Virus record (IMG/VR): IMGVR_UViG_3300031993_000067
Span: 3,622 to 67,621 of that record
DNA: 64,000 bases
Reading direction: 5' to 3' (one strand)
From: a virus
Taxonomy: Duplodnaviria > Caudoviricetes
The first letter of the stretch is position 1; the number at the start of each line of letters is the position of its first letter. Position numbers and translations under genes: made by a program. Shown in pieces: positions 9,928 to 18,606 of this stretch. The notes under the pieces were generated by a model that worked only from the letters and a program-made list of their open reading frames with translations, did no database searches and was not told the origin of the DNA.

Positions 9928-10182
9928 TTACTGCGCATTTATCTTCTGTAATTCACTTTCCGGTATTCCGATTACTCCTCCACGAACCGCTTTCTTGATC
10001 CTTCCCTGGGCGATGTAGCGCGAGATGGTTTGCGGCGATTTGCCAATCATCTTTGCGAACTCGCGGCACGAGAAGACACGCTCGGTCTTCTTCTGCGTGA
10101 GAGCATCAGCCAGGCGGTTGTTGGATTCTATGAGTTTTGAGATAAGCGCTCGGTCCGAAGGAGAAAGGCTAATCGTTTCCAT
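9928..10182 (-). CDS. Excisionase-like HTH (HTH_17 / MerR-like)
   Basis: FSCREFAKMIGKSPQTISRYIAQGRI. Confidence 0.75.
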   Translation of the reverse strand: METISLSPSDRALISKLIESNNRLADALTQKKTERVFSCREFAKMIGKSPQTISRYIAQGRIKKAVRGGVIGIPESELQKINAQ

Positions 10183-10402
10183 ATTCCTCAACATTGATTG
10201 TCACGGAGAGTTTCGCCTTATCGACATGGAAAGTGTATCTGCGCCCCTTCCTGTCGGAATTGAGAGAGTACGCGATAGCCTTGCAGGACCGGATCGCGTC
10301 AACGGAAGGGAAGGGGAGAATGTGCTTTCCCGGCGTCAGTTCCTTGAGCATGTCGGTCCAGCGGGACTGGGACATAAATTCGTTGATCTTCTTAATATCC
10401 AT
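10169..10402 (-). CDS. First gene of the leftward lytic operon (Cro-position small protein)
   Basis: MDIKKINEF..., 77 aa, divergent from the repressors. Confidence 0.6.
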   Translation of the reverse strand: MDIKKINEFMSQSRWTDMLKELTPGKHILPFPSVDAIRSCKAIAYSLNSDRKGRRYTFHVDKAKLSVTINVEEYGND

Positions 10403-10851
10403 CTTTAGTTTCGTGTTTGAAGTTGGTCGTCCTCCGCATTCTTGCATCCCAGGCTTGGAACTGGGCATCGGTGCGTTACGGACTTTTGATTTGGATGGTA
10501 GGGTAATGCCGTGCATCCCCGTGCGCCGATTTCTCCCGGCTTTCACCGCAGCTTCCTCCGCTGCCGCGCTCGCACCTCCGAACTCTCTTTCATCTCCTCA
10601 ACCCGGAAAGTTTCCTCGGCTGATGCGTTTTTTAGTGACCCGCGCTTGGGCTTAGTCCACCAAATACTCGGATGGACGGGAGGGACAATGGAATGTTACT
10701 TATTGGGTGATTTGTAAATGTGAAGAGAACTCGCTATCTTTGCCGCCGAAAACACTCGCTATAATGTTTTTATAGGGCAAGACTCTTTTTGTGGGAGTAT
10801 CCTTTCACTTTTGTCAATCGACTCGGTTAGTTATCCTTGTCCGATTGCAAA

Positions 10852-10903
10852 GTTGGGGAATATTCCCGAAATATGCAAGAAAAACTTGGGAAATTTCACA
10901 AAA
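10852..10903. promoter_or_regulatory. Immunity switch with palindromic operators and divergent promoters
   Basis: Perfect palindrome GGGAATATTCCC at 10856-10867; related TTGGGAAATTTCACAA at 10886-10901; CAACTTTG -7-like element on the minus strand. Confidence 0.6.
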
Positions 10904-10949
10904 ATTTTTGCCCCTTTTTGTAACTTATTGTACCTCAAGAATTTGTGTT

Positions 10950-11267
10950 ATGGATAGGGACATCAGAAAACGGATCGCTATGGCGATTGACACCCTCTGC
11001 GGAGGGAATAAGTCTGAGTTCTGCCGCCATATAGGGCGAAAAGCGGATGCCGTGAAGGATATTGTCGGGGGTAAGGGTACTGCTCCGGGATTCGACCTTA
11101 TATATGATATTCTTGCTTCCGACTTGGGAATTTCCCCAACCTGGCTCATCCTCGGAGACGGCGATATGGTAACAAAGCCGAAATCCGAGGAGTTGACGCC
11201 AGCGGCGCCTCCACAAACAATCATTATCGGTAACTTGGAAGAACTCGCAAAAATATTGAAGAAATGA
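10950..11267 (+). CDS. CI-like HTH repressor 1, no S24 peptidase domain
   Basis: CGGNKSEFCRHIG...PGFDLIYDIL...ISPTWLILGDGDM, typical Bacteroidales XRE repressor. Confidence 0.8.
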   Translation: MDRDIRKRIAMAIDTLCGGNKSEFCRHIGRKADAVKDIVGGKGTAPGFDLIYDILASDLGISPTWLILGDGDMVTKPKSEELTPAAPPQTIIIGNLEELAKILKK

Positions 11268-11599
11268 AATCGGCGGATAGAATCAACTACATCATAGAAA
11301 CGCTTTGCGACGGCACCGCCCAGGTGTTCAGCGACAAGACATCCATCGGCAAGTCCCAGGTGTCTCTGCTCCGGTCTGGAAAGCTCGGCCCGGACATCGG
11401 CCCTTATGCGGAGCGGATCGCCAGGGCGTTCCCTGAGTTGAACTGCCGTTGGCTTCTTACTGGAGAGGGGAAACCGCTCGGAGAGTCCGGAAACGCGATC
11501 GTTGGTCTTCTCAAGGAACTGAGAGAGATCGAGCATAAGGTCGAGCGGATAGCAAAAGAAAAGTCCCGCATCACTGCGGGGCTTCGAGACAAGGAATAA
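11264..11599 (+). CDS. CI-like HTH repressor 2
   Basis: RINYIIETLCDG...FSDKTSIGKSQVSLLRSG...ELNCRWLLTGEG. Confidence 0.75.
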   Translation: MKSADRINYIIETLCDGTAQVFSDKTSIGKSQVSLLRSGKLGPDIGPYAERIARAFPELNCRWLLTGEGKPLGESGNAIVGLLKELREIEHKVERIAKEKSRITAGLRDKE

Positions 11600-12103
11600 T
11601 TATTTGGATGGGTGCAGTTCGCACCATATCTTTCTCGTTCCGTGGATGCCGTCCTTGTCGGACAGGTAGTTGACCGAGAGATCGCTTACCTTTTCTGCGA
11701 GGTCTTCCGCGCTGATTCCCGGCCACCACTTCTCAATCAGGACACGGTGTTTCGCCATCATCATCTGCATGGTGACATAGAAGTCCCACGCATTGTATTC
11801 TGACGGAATCTGATCCTTTACGGACTCATAGACCTCCTCCAGCTCCGGAATCGTCCAGAACGGCGCGTATCGCTTTGCGCCGTCATTATCTATGTAGTAC
11901 ATCTTTACCACCTCGTTGGTGGCGTGGTCTTCGTCGAAGTGTCCGCCGGAGAGCATGCCGAATAGTTTTGCATAGAGGGCTTCCTTGTCCTTGGCGGACA
12001 TGCTTTCCTCAACAGCATCGGACACGATCTTCACGGTGTCCCACATCATCCCTTCGCCCTGGCCTTTGCCGAGGCGCTTGGTCATTTCATAGAGTGTTTC
12101 CAT
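11600..12103 (-). CDS. Hypothetical protein, last gene of the Cys-rich operon
   Basis: 167-aa ORF with GHFDE...YNAWDFYVTMQM pattern. Confidence 0.75.
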   Translation of the reverse strand: METLYEMTKRLGKGQGEGMMWDTVKIVSDAVEESMSAKDKEALYAKLFGMLSGGHFDEDHATNEVVKMYYIDNDGAKRYAPFWTIPELEEVYESVKDQIPSEYNAWDFYVTMQMMMAKHRVLIEKWWPGISAEDLAEKVSDLSVNYLSDKDGIHGTRKIWCELHPSK

Positions 12104-12108
12104 TCTTT

Positions 12109-12489
12109 CTACTTGTGATTCCTCCGCACCTCGGACATGCTGGGATGACTCGCACCGGCCTTTGCGTTGTTGCGTTTCTTGCCGGGTTTGGTCTTTGCGG
12201 CCTCGGTGTCGGATATTTGTTTATAAAGTTCATTGTACTTCTTGTTTAGCATTGATAGGCCGAGGTCGGCCCACATAGCAACATAAGAAAAAAGGAAGGA
12301 GGCGCAAACTGCGGTTATTAGTTCACATCCGCTTATGAGCAGGAGGAGGAGCGTTGACCAGAAGCATAGGCATTTCGGGCAGGAGAGGAACTTGGATTGT
12401 ATGCCAATCCTCCTCTGCACCTCATCGGATAGGCCCATGCTTATGAACAGGACGCATCCGATGACGAGAAATGCGGCCTCCCTCCACAT
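12109..12489 (-). CDS. Membrane protein with CPKC motif
   Basis: Three hydrophobic segments; SCPKCLCFW. Confidence 0.7.
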   Translation of the reverse strand: MWREAAFLVIGCVLFISMGLSDEVQRRIGIQSKFLSCPKCLCFWSTLLLLLISGCELITAVCASFLFSYVAMWADLGLSMLNKKYNELYKQISDTEAAKTKPGKKRNNAKAGASHPSMSEVRRNHK

Positions 12490-12492
12490 AGT

Positions 12493-12951
12493 TTAAGCGG
12501 TCGCCAGGTTGAACGAGCCAACGAGAGAGACGGCATTGGTGATGTTGCAGCAGTCGCGCATGTTCGTGGGCGATGCGATTACGGTCCCGGCGGTGATGGT
12601 GGGCGCCGTGGCCGATCCGCAAGGTACGCTGACGGTCGCATAGATGTTGTCGGTCTTCGGACACGCGCACTCGCAGCCGCACTGGTACTGACCATTGCGG
12701 TACGGCATGTAGGTCACATTGCCGGTGATCAGGATGTCGATGACATAGGCATCGTTTCCTACGGACTGCGGAGCGCCGAGGGCGGTGTACTTGAGGTCGC
12801 CCGAAATCGGGTAAGCCCCGTTCGCGCAGACCTTGCGGTTGCCGCAGAGGTAATGAGTGAGGTCCACCACATAGGTGGCATCGGTGGCGGTAGCGCCGGG
12901 GGCAGGGATGCAAGTGTTCACATAGGTCTGCCCATTGTTGTAACAAGCCAT
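12493..12951 (-). CDS. Cys-rich beta-rich protein
   Basis: About 10 Cys including CGCECAC and CC in 152 aa. Confidence 0.75.
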   Translation of the reverse strand: MACYNNGQTYVNTCIPAPGATATDATYVVDLTHYLCGNRKVCANGAYPISGDLKYTALGAPQSVGNDAYVIDILITGNVTYMPYRNGQYQCGCECACPKTDNIYATVSVPCGSATAPTITAGTVIASPTNMRDCCNITNAVSLVGSFNLATA

Positions 12952-12963
12952 TGTTATGAAAGA

Positions 12964-13206
12964 TTAGATTGTTTTTGAGGACCCCCTATTCTCTGCACCG
13001 GGGTCTTTCTGTGCTTCATCTTCTTTCTTCAAGGGGTTGATGATGTCTGCCTGGCCGAACTTGGCCATCGCGTTCTCGATTCTGTCAAGCCGCTCGATGA
13101 TGCCCGGCAAGAAGGTCATGATGGCGTGACCGTGCTGGGCCGCGCAATACACCTGTTGTTGGAACGAGCATTTGAGGCAATCGCCCGTACATCTTTTTTC
13201 TTCCAT
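12964..13206 (-). CDS. Small Cys-motif protein
   Basis: CTGDCLKC...YC. Confidence 0.7.
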   Translation of the reverse strand: MEEKRCTGDCLKCSFQQQVYCAAQHGHAIMTFLPGIIERLDRIENAMAKFGQADIINPLKKEDEAQKDPGAENRGSSKTI

Positions 13207-13207
13207 C

Positions 13208-13396
13208 CTATTTAAAATAATTGGTTACGAAATAGTTTCCTTTCCACCGCTCAACGGCGGCAGCGATTTTGTCTGCGGTGACGGCTATTCCTTTCTCCGC
13301 CATAGCTGACACAAAGCCCTTGACGGCTGCTGATGCCCGGTCTGCCTCCTCCTGGGAGTTGGCATACACATTGAACTTCATCTCGAACCCGCTCAT
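13208..13396 (-). CDS. Small hypothetical protein
   Basis: 62-aa ORF, tightly packed. Confidence 0.7.
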   Translation of the reverse strand: MSGFEMKFNVYANSQEEADRASAAVKGFVSAMAEKGIAVTADKIAAAVERWKGNYFVTNYFK

Positions 13397-13399
13397 AGG

Positions 13400-13744
13400 C
13401 TACCCGTTTATCGGTGGAAGCGGGGAAGCCGGTGCCGGAGCGCCTTTTCTTCCGCGAAGAATACCGCGAACGAAGTCCAGCCCTTGCGTGAGCATATCTT
13501 GGTTCTCACGAAGCCACCCAAAGATGCCGTTCGCCTGGTCGCCGAAGTTTTGGATGAAAGACCGGGACTCCGGCTCAACATCCGGCAACGCATCCTCCAT
13601 CCCTTTGACGAGGAAATCGTACATCTTCTCCGCCTTTGCTACATCGAAACGCGAGAGGTATAGGGCCTGTTGCTTGAGTGCGGCCTTGCTTGTAGGTTTG
13701 ATCATTGAAGCCATCTCGGATAGCCGTTTGTTTTTGTTGAACAT
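13400..13744 (-). CDS. Hypothetical protein
   Basis: 114-aa ORF, tightly packed. Confidence 0.7.
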   Translation of the reverse strand: MFNKNKRLSEMASMIKPTSKAALKQQALYLSRFDVAKAEKMYDFLVKGMEDALPDVEPESRSFIQNFGDQANGIFGWLRENQDMLTQGLDFVRGILRGRKGAPAPASPLPPING

Positions 13745-13867
13745 TTATCCCGAATTTTATTATCTTTGTATCGGGGAATAGGTAGGAGTAATTAACCTAC
13801 TGACAAGAGTTTCAAGACCTCTTTCCCCTTCTATTATAGTCTTGAATCGCATAAAACTTGAGGCATT

Positions 13868-14503
13868 ATGACAAATCAAGAGTTTATCGAGTCTATTAGG
13901 CTCGAAGGAGAAGAGTGGAGAGATGTTGTCGGGTGGGAGGGATATTACATGGTATCGTCTTTTGGACGAGTCGCCACGATGTACCGAGAGTATGTTAGAA
14001 GTGATGGTGTTCTTCACCACACCGAACAAAAACTCATAAGAGGGGATGTCGTCCATTACACAAACACCGTCCGATATAACATCTTCACCTTTAGGAAGGG
14101 TGGTAAACGCTATCACATGGCCGGTCATCGTCTTGTTGCAATGGCGTTCATTCCTAACCCGGATGGTTATCCAAATGTTGATCACATTGACACGAACGGA
14201 CTCAATAATCGTGTTGAGAATTTGAGGTGGTGTACGCAAGCGATGAACCTATCAAATCCAATATCAAAGCGGCGATCTCTACTTGCAAGCTCTGCTCGTA
14301 TTGGTGTGCCAAATGTACCTCTGGAAAAGAAGGTGGCGCAGATTAAGTGTGGACGCCTTGTTCGTATCTTCGTGTCGTTGGCGGAGTGCGAAAGATTCGG
14401 ATTCCACCATTCTGCGGTAAGCCGTTGTTGTAGCGGAAAAAAACCACAATACAAAGGTTACTCGTGGATGTATCTACCCGACTACGAAAAATCTTGTCAA
14501 TAA
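13868..14503 (+). CDS. NUMOD4-HNH homing endonuclease with its own promoter
   Basis: EEWRDVVGWEGYYMVSSFGRV (NUMOD4); HRLVAMAFIPN...VDHID..GLNNRVENLRWCT (HNH); TATCTTTG at about 13761. Confidence 0.9.
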   Translation: MTNQEFIESIRLEGEEWRDVVGWEGYYMVSSFGRVATMYREYVRSDGVLHHTEQKLIRGDVVHYTNTVRYNIFTFRKGGKRYHMAGHRLVAMAFIPNPDGYPNVDHIDTNGLNNRVENLRWCTQAMNLSNPISKRRSLLASSARIGVPNVPLEKKVAQIKCGRLVRIFVSLAECERFGFHHSAVSRCCSGKKPQYKGYSWMYLPDYEKSCQ

Positions 14504-14555
14504 GTCAAAGAACTAATCATAAGAGGGGGCGGGGTTGCGCGCCCCCTCGAATGGA

Positions 14556-15053
14556 TTACTCGCCGCAACCGGGGCAGCCACACGCCGTCGCATCGCGCCA
14601 GATAGCCACCTTTTGCGGGCACTGCTGCATGTTGCCAAGCACAGCCTGATTGAAGAGGGTGTTCTGGACGCTTTGGACAGCAGAAAGTTCCGCTGCCTGT
14701 TGAGCGGTTAAAGTGCCCTGCTGGCTTCCACTAACACTATCGTTAATCGTGTTGGTGATAGTGTAACCCTGCGCGACGCGCTCTGCCCGCTCGTTGGCCA
14801 GGAGGCTGGTCAGCGTAGCAAGCTGCTGGTCGTTCGCGTTGAACTGCGCGTTGGCAAGATCGCGGACGCCGTTTGCCTTTGCGTTGGAGAAGATAGGGGC
14901 GAAAATCCACGCACCGATGCCGAGGGCGGCACCAACGGTGCCAAGGACGAGACCGGCCACTGCCGTACCGGAGGGACGACGGGACGACATTTCCGACACC
15001 TTGAAGCTCTCATAGGGAGAGAGACCCCAATGGTTCATCATTTCATCAGCCAT
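14556..15053 (-). CDS. Gly-zipper / Gln-rich protein with Cys-rich C-terminus
   Basis: AVAGLVLGTVGAALGIG hydrophobic segment; ends CPQKV...CGCPGCGE. Confidence 0.75.
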   Translation of the reverse strand: MADEMMNHWGLSPYESFKVSEMSSRRPSGTAVAGLVLGTVGAALGIGAWIFAPIFSNAKANGVRDLANAQFNANDQQLATLTSLLANERAERVAQGYTITNTINDSVSGSQQGTLTAQQAAELSAVQSVQNTLFNQAVLGNMQQCPQKVAIWRDATACGCPGCGE

Positions 15054-15161
15054 TGCTTGAATAAGATTAAAAGTGAAACAAAATACCAACGGCTCAAAGC
15101 GAGCCGCTGGTACAAAGTTCACTATCTGCCCTCTGGCGATGAATGGATGGTCGGAAAAATC

Positions 15162-15470
15162 CTAACCTCTTGGTTGTTCGCCTCCTATGCGCCAACCTTT
15201 CGGGGCAATCCGGATGAATTTAGAGAACGAGTATAAGACCACATTCCTTCTTGGCTTCCCGGTGTATCTGCGCTTTATCACTCCGTTGACGGCATCCTTG
15301 GACTTGCCGAAGAAGTCTGCGATTTCATCCACCGTGCCGAGCGCACCGCCGGAAGACTCGATGGCGTTTAGGACCGCCATCTGCTGCTCCCTGGTGCAAT
15401 CGCCACGCTTGATTTTCTTAATCCAGAATCTTAGCGTTGCTATGAGTATCTTATCGACCAAATCTTCCAT
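15162..15470 (-). CDS. HTH-type regulator upstream of the Cys-rich operon
   Basis: GTVDEIADFFGKSKDAVNGVIKR. Confidence 0.6.
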   Translation of the reverse strand: MEDLVDKILIATLRFWIKKIKRGDCTREQQMAVLNAIESSGGALGTVDEIADFFGKSKDAVNGVIKRRYTGKPRRNVVLYSFSKFIRIAPKGWRIGGEQPRG

Positions 15471-15807
15471 TTTCGGTGAAGAATACCTTGTAAATGGCAA
15501 CCATAAAGATCGCCGTTGTTAGTATGAGCGTAATGGTGATAACAATCCAGGCTCCGTGTTCAAAGTGGTAGATGTATGTGTCGAATAGGTCAACCGACTG
15601 TGGTAGTAGCGGGAGTGCGCAGGCAACACGATGCCATCCGCACATCATGAGCATACGCGAATAGACAAGGTGCGCAAGCACCACAATCGGAGATACGAAA
15701 AACACATAGTCTATGACATCCAGCCAGGCGCCGGAGCAGAAAGAGTACACCGTGAAGAGGACGAGAAACAAGGCCGTGTAGATGAACGGGAACACTTGCA
15801 CGGCCAT
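15451..15807 (-). CDS. Multi-pass membrane protein
   Basis: Three to four hydrophobic helices. Confidence 0.7.
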   Translation of the reverse strand: MAVQVFPFIYTALFLVLFTVYSFCSGAWLDVIDYVFFVSPIVVLAHLVYSRMLMMCGWHRVACALPLLPQSVDLFDTYIYHFEHGAWIVITITLILTTAIFMVAIYKVFFTENGRFGR

Positions 15808-15835
15808 TGTTATCCTCCGAAGAATCAGTATGAGC

Positions 15836-15967
15836 CTACTTCTTCCCTGTGGACCGTTTGGCTGCGGTGAGTTCGACGATTCTCGGTCTGGGGCCGATGT
15901 GCGGAGGTTTGATTCGTGCTGCGGAGTTTCCCTTGATTGCATAGGTTGTGGTTTTTGCTTTTCCCAT
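15836..15967 (-). CDS. Small basic protein (43 aa)
   Basis: Manual translation MGKAKTTTYAIKGNSAARIKPPHIGPRPRIVELTAAKRSTGKK; fills the gap between neighbours. Confidence 0.5.
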   Translation of the reverse strand: MGKAKTTTYAIKGNSAARIKPPHIGPRPRIVELTAAKRSTGKK

Positions 15968-15990
15968 GATAGAAGTAGTTTAGAGAGTTA

Positions 15991-16326
15991 TTATTCGTCA
16001 AGATGTTCGATCCTGACCTTGATGTATTCTTTTCCTTTCTTGACAATCACCTTTTTGATGTGCGCCTCGTGGATCAGTTTGTCGTTGAAGCCATATTTCT
16101 TTTGAAGGATGTCGCCAAGCGGCTTGCAGGGGTTGTCATAGTCCGCGAGCGGATTACTGAACCCAAATTCATAGTAAATACGAAATGGCGGTTCCGGTAG
16201 TTTCCTTTGTGGGAGAAGCCAAAGCATCTTGCGCTCATAGGTCTTATACTCGTTCGTCTTGAAGCGCCTACCTTGCCAGGCATCGTTGACGGAAAGCGGC
16301 TTTGTTTCAATGAAGATTTCGTCCAT
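15991..16326 (-). CDS. rusA: RusA-like Holliday junction resolvase
   Basis: KPLSVNDAWQG...ADYDNPCKPLGDIL...FNDKLI. Confidence 0.85.
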   Translation of the reverse strand: MDEIFIETKPLSVNDAWQGRRFKTNEYKTYERKMLWLLPQRKLPEPPFRIYYEFGFSNPLADYDNPCKPLGDILQKKYGFNDKLIHEAHIKKVIVKKGKEYIKVRIEHLDE

Positions 16327-16353
16327 GATCTCTTGTTACCGTGCATAGTGTTG

Positions 16354-17085
16354 TTAGTCTTCGTGGTGATATTCCGGCCAGCACATACACCGAGGGTGTG
16401 ATTCCCAGAATGGGACCGAGATGGGGATTGGTTTGCCGCACTCCGAGTCGCATTGCGGGCAGAGGAATCCGCTACCGCGACGGCGGATGTAGTAAGACGC
16501 ACCGCCCTCCTCCTCGGCTTTCCATTCTGCATAGCGCACCGTGCTGATGATTGCGTCCTGGCCGATGAGCGTAATCTGCGCGATGAGGTCTTTCTGATAG
16601 CCGCGACCCCACTTGAGCAGTCCCTGCGGAAGTTCTTTCCAGGCAGGGGAGAGATAAGGGTTTCGGATGTAGCGCAGTACGCTTATCTTGAGATAGCTCT
16701 GCGTCATCCCCTTTACGAAAGCGAGCGCGATCCATATTTCAAGGAGTTCCTTGAGGAAAGAGCCTTGCTGATCGAATCGCGTAACGATGTCCTCGTCAGT
16801 ATGTGCATCTGCCACCTCCCAGGCATCATCGCCGCCGTCCCATCCGGAATCGCGGATGAGATTCATCGCGCGGTTTTTGGCCCTTTCTGCTGCGTTGTCG
16901 GACAGGTCTCGTAGAATCCTGTTCGCTTCATCATTGAGTTCCGGGACGGCATCCCAGAGGAAGTTGGCGCCGAGATATGAGTAACGGAAAGCAAGCGCGA
17001 TGAGGGCGACGACCGCCTTGTCGAAGAGGTCGTTTGCGTCTTTCTTATAGGCCGCCGCTTGGTCGGTGAGCTGCTTGTTCGTCAT
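16354..17085 (-). CDS. Head morphogenesis / minor capsid protein (Mu F / SPP1 gp7-like)
   Basis: C-terminal CPQCD...HPRCMC; lies directly after the portal. Confidence 0.75.
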   Translation of the reverse strand: MTNKQLTDQAAAYKKDANDLFDKAVVALIALAFRYSYLGANFLWDAVPELNDEANRILRDLSDNAAERAKNRAMNLIRDSGWDGGDDAWEVADAHTDEDIVTRFDQQGSFLKELLEIWIALAFVKGMTQSYLKISVLRYIRNPYLSPAWKELPQGLLKWGRGYQKDLIAQITLIGQDAIISTVRYAEWKAEEEGGASYYIRRRGSGFLCPQCDSECGKPIPISVPFWESHPRCMCWPEYHHED

Positions 17086-18587
17086 TACTTGTTACGAGAA
17101 TCTGCAACGGGGTTCTTCCTCTGCTGGCTCGCCTGCGCCTGCTGCTGGGCAACGAGTTCGTCGTGTGCCTCCTGGGTGATGCGGTTTATCTCGTCCGGCG
17201 AGGAGTATCCGATGTTGTAGGCAAGCTCCGTGGCGGTCTTGCGGGACATACATCCGCAGGCGACGAGCATCTGGATCGCTGAAATGACATCGTTCTCGGA
17301 GAGGAAGATGAACGGGTCGAGGTAGGTCTTGATCTTGAACCCCTCGGCCTGGCTCGTCTTGCCCCTTTCGGTGAAGTAGGCATGCTTGAAGAGCGCCGCG
17401 ATCTGGTTGATGAACGGCTGGAAATCCAGGGAATCGGAGAGCGCTTTGACATAGGAGTCGGCGAAGAGCATCTTCACGGTGCGGGAAGACATATCCGCAC
17501 CGGACTTGATTTCCGGCGTTTCAACCGCAAACGAGCAGCGCATGATGTTCTTCTCCATGATGGCGAGCTGCGCCGCGAATGCGCCGTCCGCACCCTGGGC
17601 GGGTTCCAGGAATCCAACCTTTGCGTTGGGGTCGGGGGAGTCGATGCGGTTCGGTGTGCCGTCGGTGTTGGTTAGGACTTCCAACTCGCCGCCGAGGGTG
17701 TAGAGGATACGAAGCGCATAGGCCGCATTGTTCTCGGAGAACTGCGAGATGGCAAGTTCGTAACCCTCGATGAGACTCTGGGAGAAAGACCACACGGCGC
17801 CGTCGTCCTGACGGAAATATGCGACCGGGATCATCGGGAATCCGTGCTTCTCGATCTTGCCCTCAAGAACCCAAGACCCGTCGTTTCCCTGCTTGTAGGT
17901 TGCGAATGATGTCTTGTCAATGACATCAAGATATATCGCGGATTCCCCATCCCAATCCTCTTGCTTGTATGCTCTGCCCAGCAGCGTCATTTCTCCGGTG
18001 AGCGTGTCATAGTGAGGGTAGAGGACATCGCCGTCCGAGTATGAGAACACGCGCCACTTCACCTTCTGTTCCTCCATAAAGACATAGACGGCAGCATCTC
18101 CCGACTTGAACACCGCCTCGATTGCCTTGTCGATGGCCACCTCCATATCCTTGTCCTCCCAACCCTCGCGGAAGAAGGAGAGAGTGTCGATCATCTTCTG
18201 GTTCGTGGCATTGGAAATGAGCCGCATTCCGACATTGTTGCCGAGCAGCGATTCTTTCCTCTTGATGAGGATGCGGTTCTGGAATCCGATGGAGATGCGA
18301 GAACGGACCTTGGCCTGGTATGCCCCGGACTTCTTGTTCAGGAACATCGTATTCGGATAGTATAAGATGCTGTTGATGGAATGCGAGGACGGGTAGAACT
18401 CGCGCAGGAAGTCTGCCTGGGATTTCATCTCGAAATTCAGCACATCGGTAGGGAGCGTAATGGTCTGCCCCGGCTTGACGAGATTCTTCCCAATGGAGGA
18501 TTTTTCGCTGGGGATGATGAAAGAGAACGGCTTCTTCTTAACGATTTGGTCGGGTTTCATCGTCTCGATGGATGGTGTAAGTCTCAT
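17085..18587 (-). CDS. Portal protein
   Basis: About 500 aa immediately after TerL; IPVAYFR and SRKTATE motifs. Confidence 0.8.
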   Translation of the reverse strand: MRLTPSIETMKPDQIVKKKPFSFIIPSEKSSIGKNLVKPGQTITLPTDVLNFEMKSQADFLREFYPSSHSINSILYYPNTMFLNKKSGAYQAKVRSRISIGFQNRILIKRKESLLGNNVGMRLISNATNQKMIDTLSFFREGWEDKDMEVAIDKAIEAVFKSGDAAVYVFMEEQKVKWRVFSYSDGDVLYPHYDTLTGEMTLLGRAYKQEDWDGESAIYLDVIDKTSFATYKQGNDGSWVLEGKIEKHGFPMIPVAYFRQDDGAVWSFSQSLIEGYELAISQFSENNAAYALRILYTLGGELEVLTNTDGTPNRIDSPDPNAKVGFLEPAQGADGAFAAQLAIMEKNIMRCSFAVETPEIKSGADMSSRTVKMLFADSYVKALSDSLDFQPFINQIAALFKHAYFTERGKTSQAEGFKIKTYLDPFIFLSENDVISAIQMLVACGCMSRKTATELAYNIGYSSPDEINRITQEAHDELVAQQQAQASQQRKNPVADSRNK

Positions 18588-18606
18588 ATCGTTGTATTTT
18601 TGGCGG

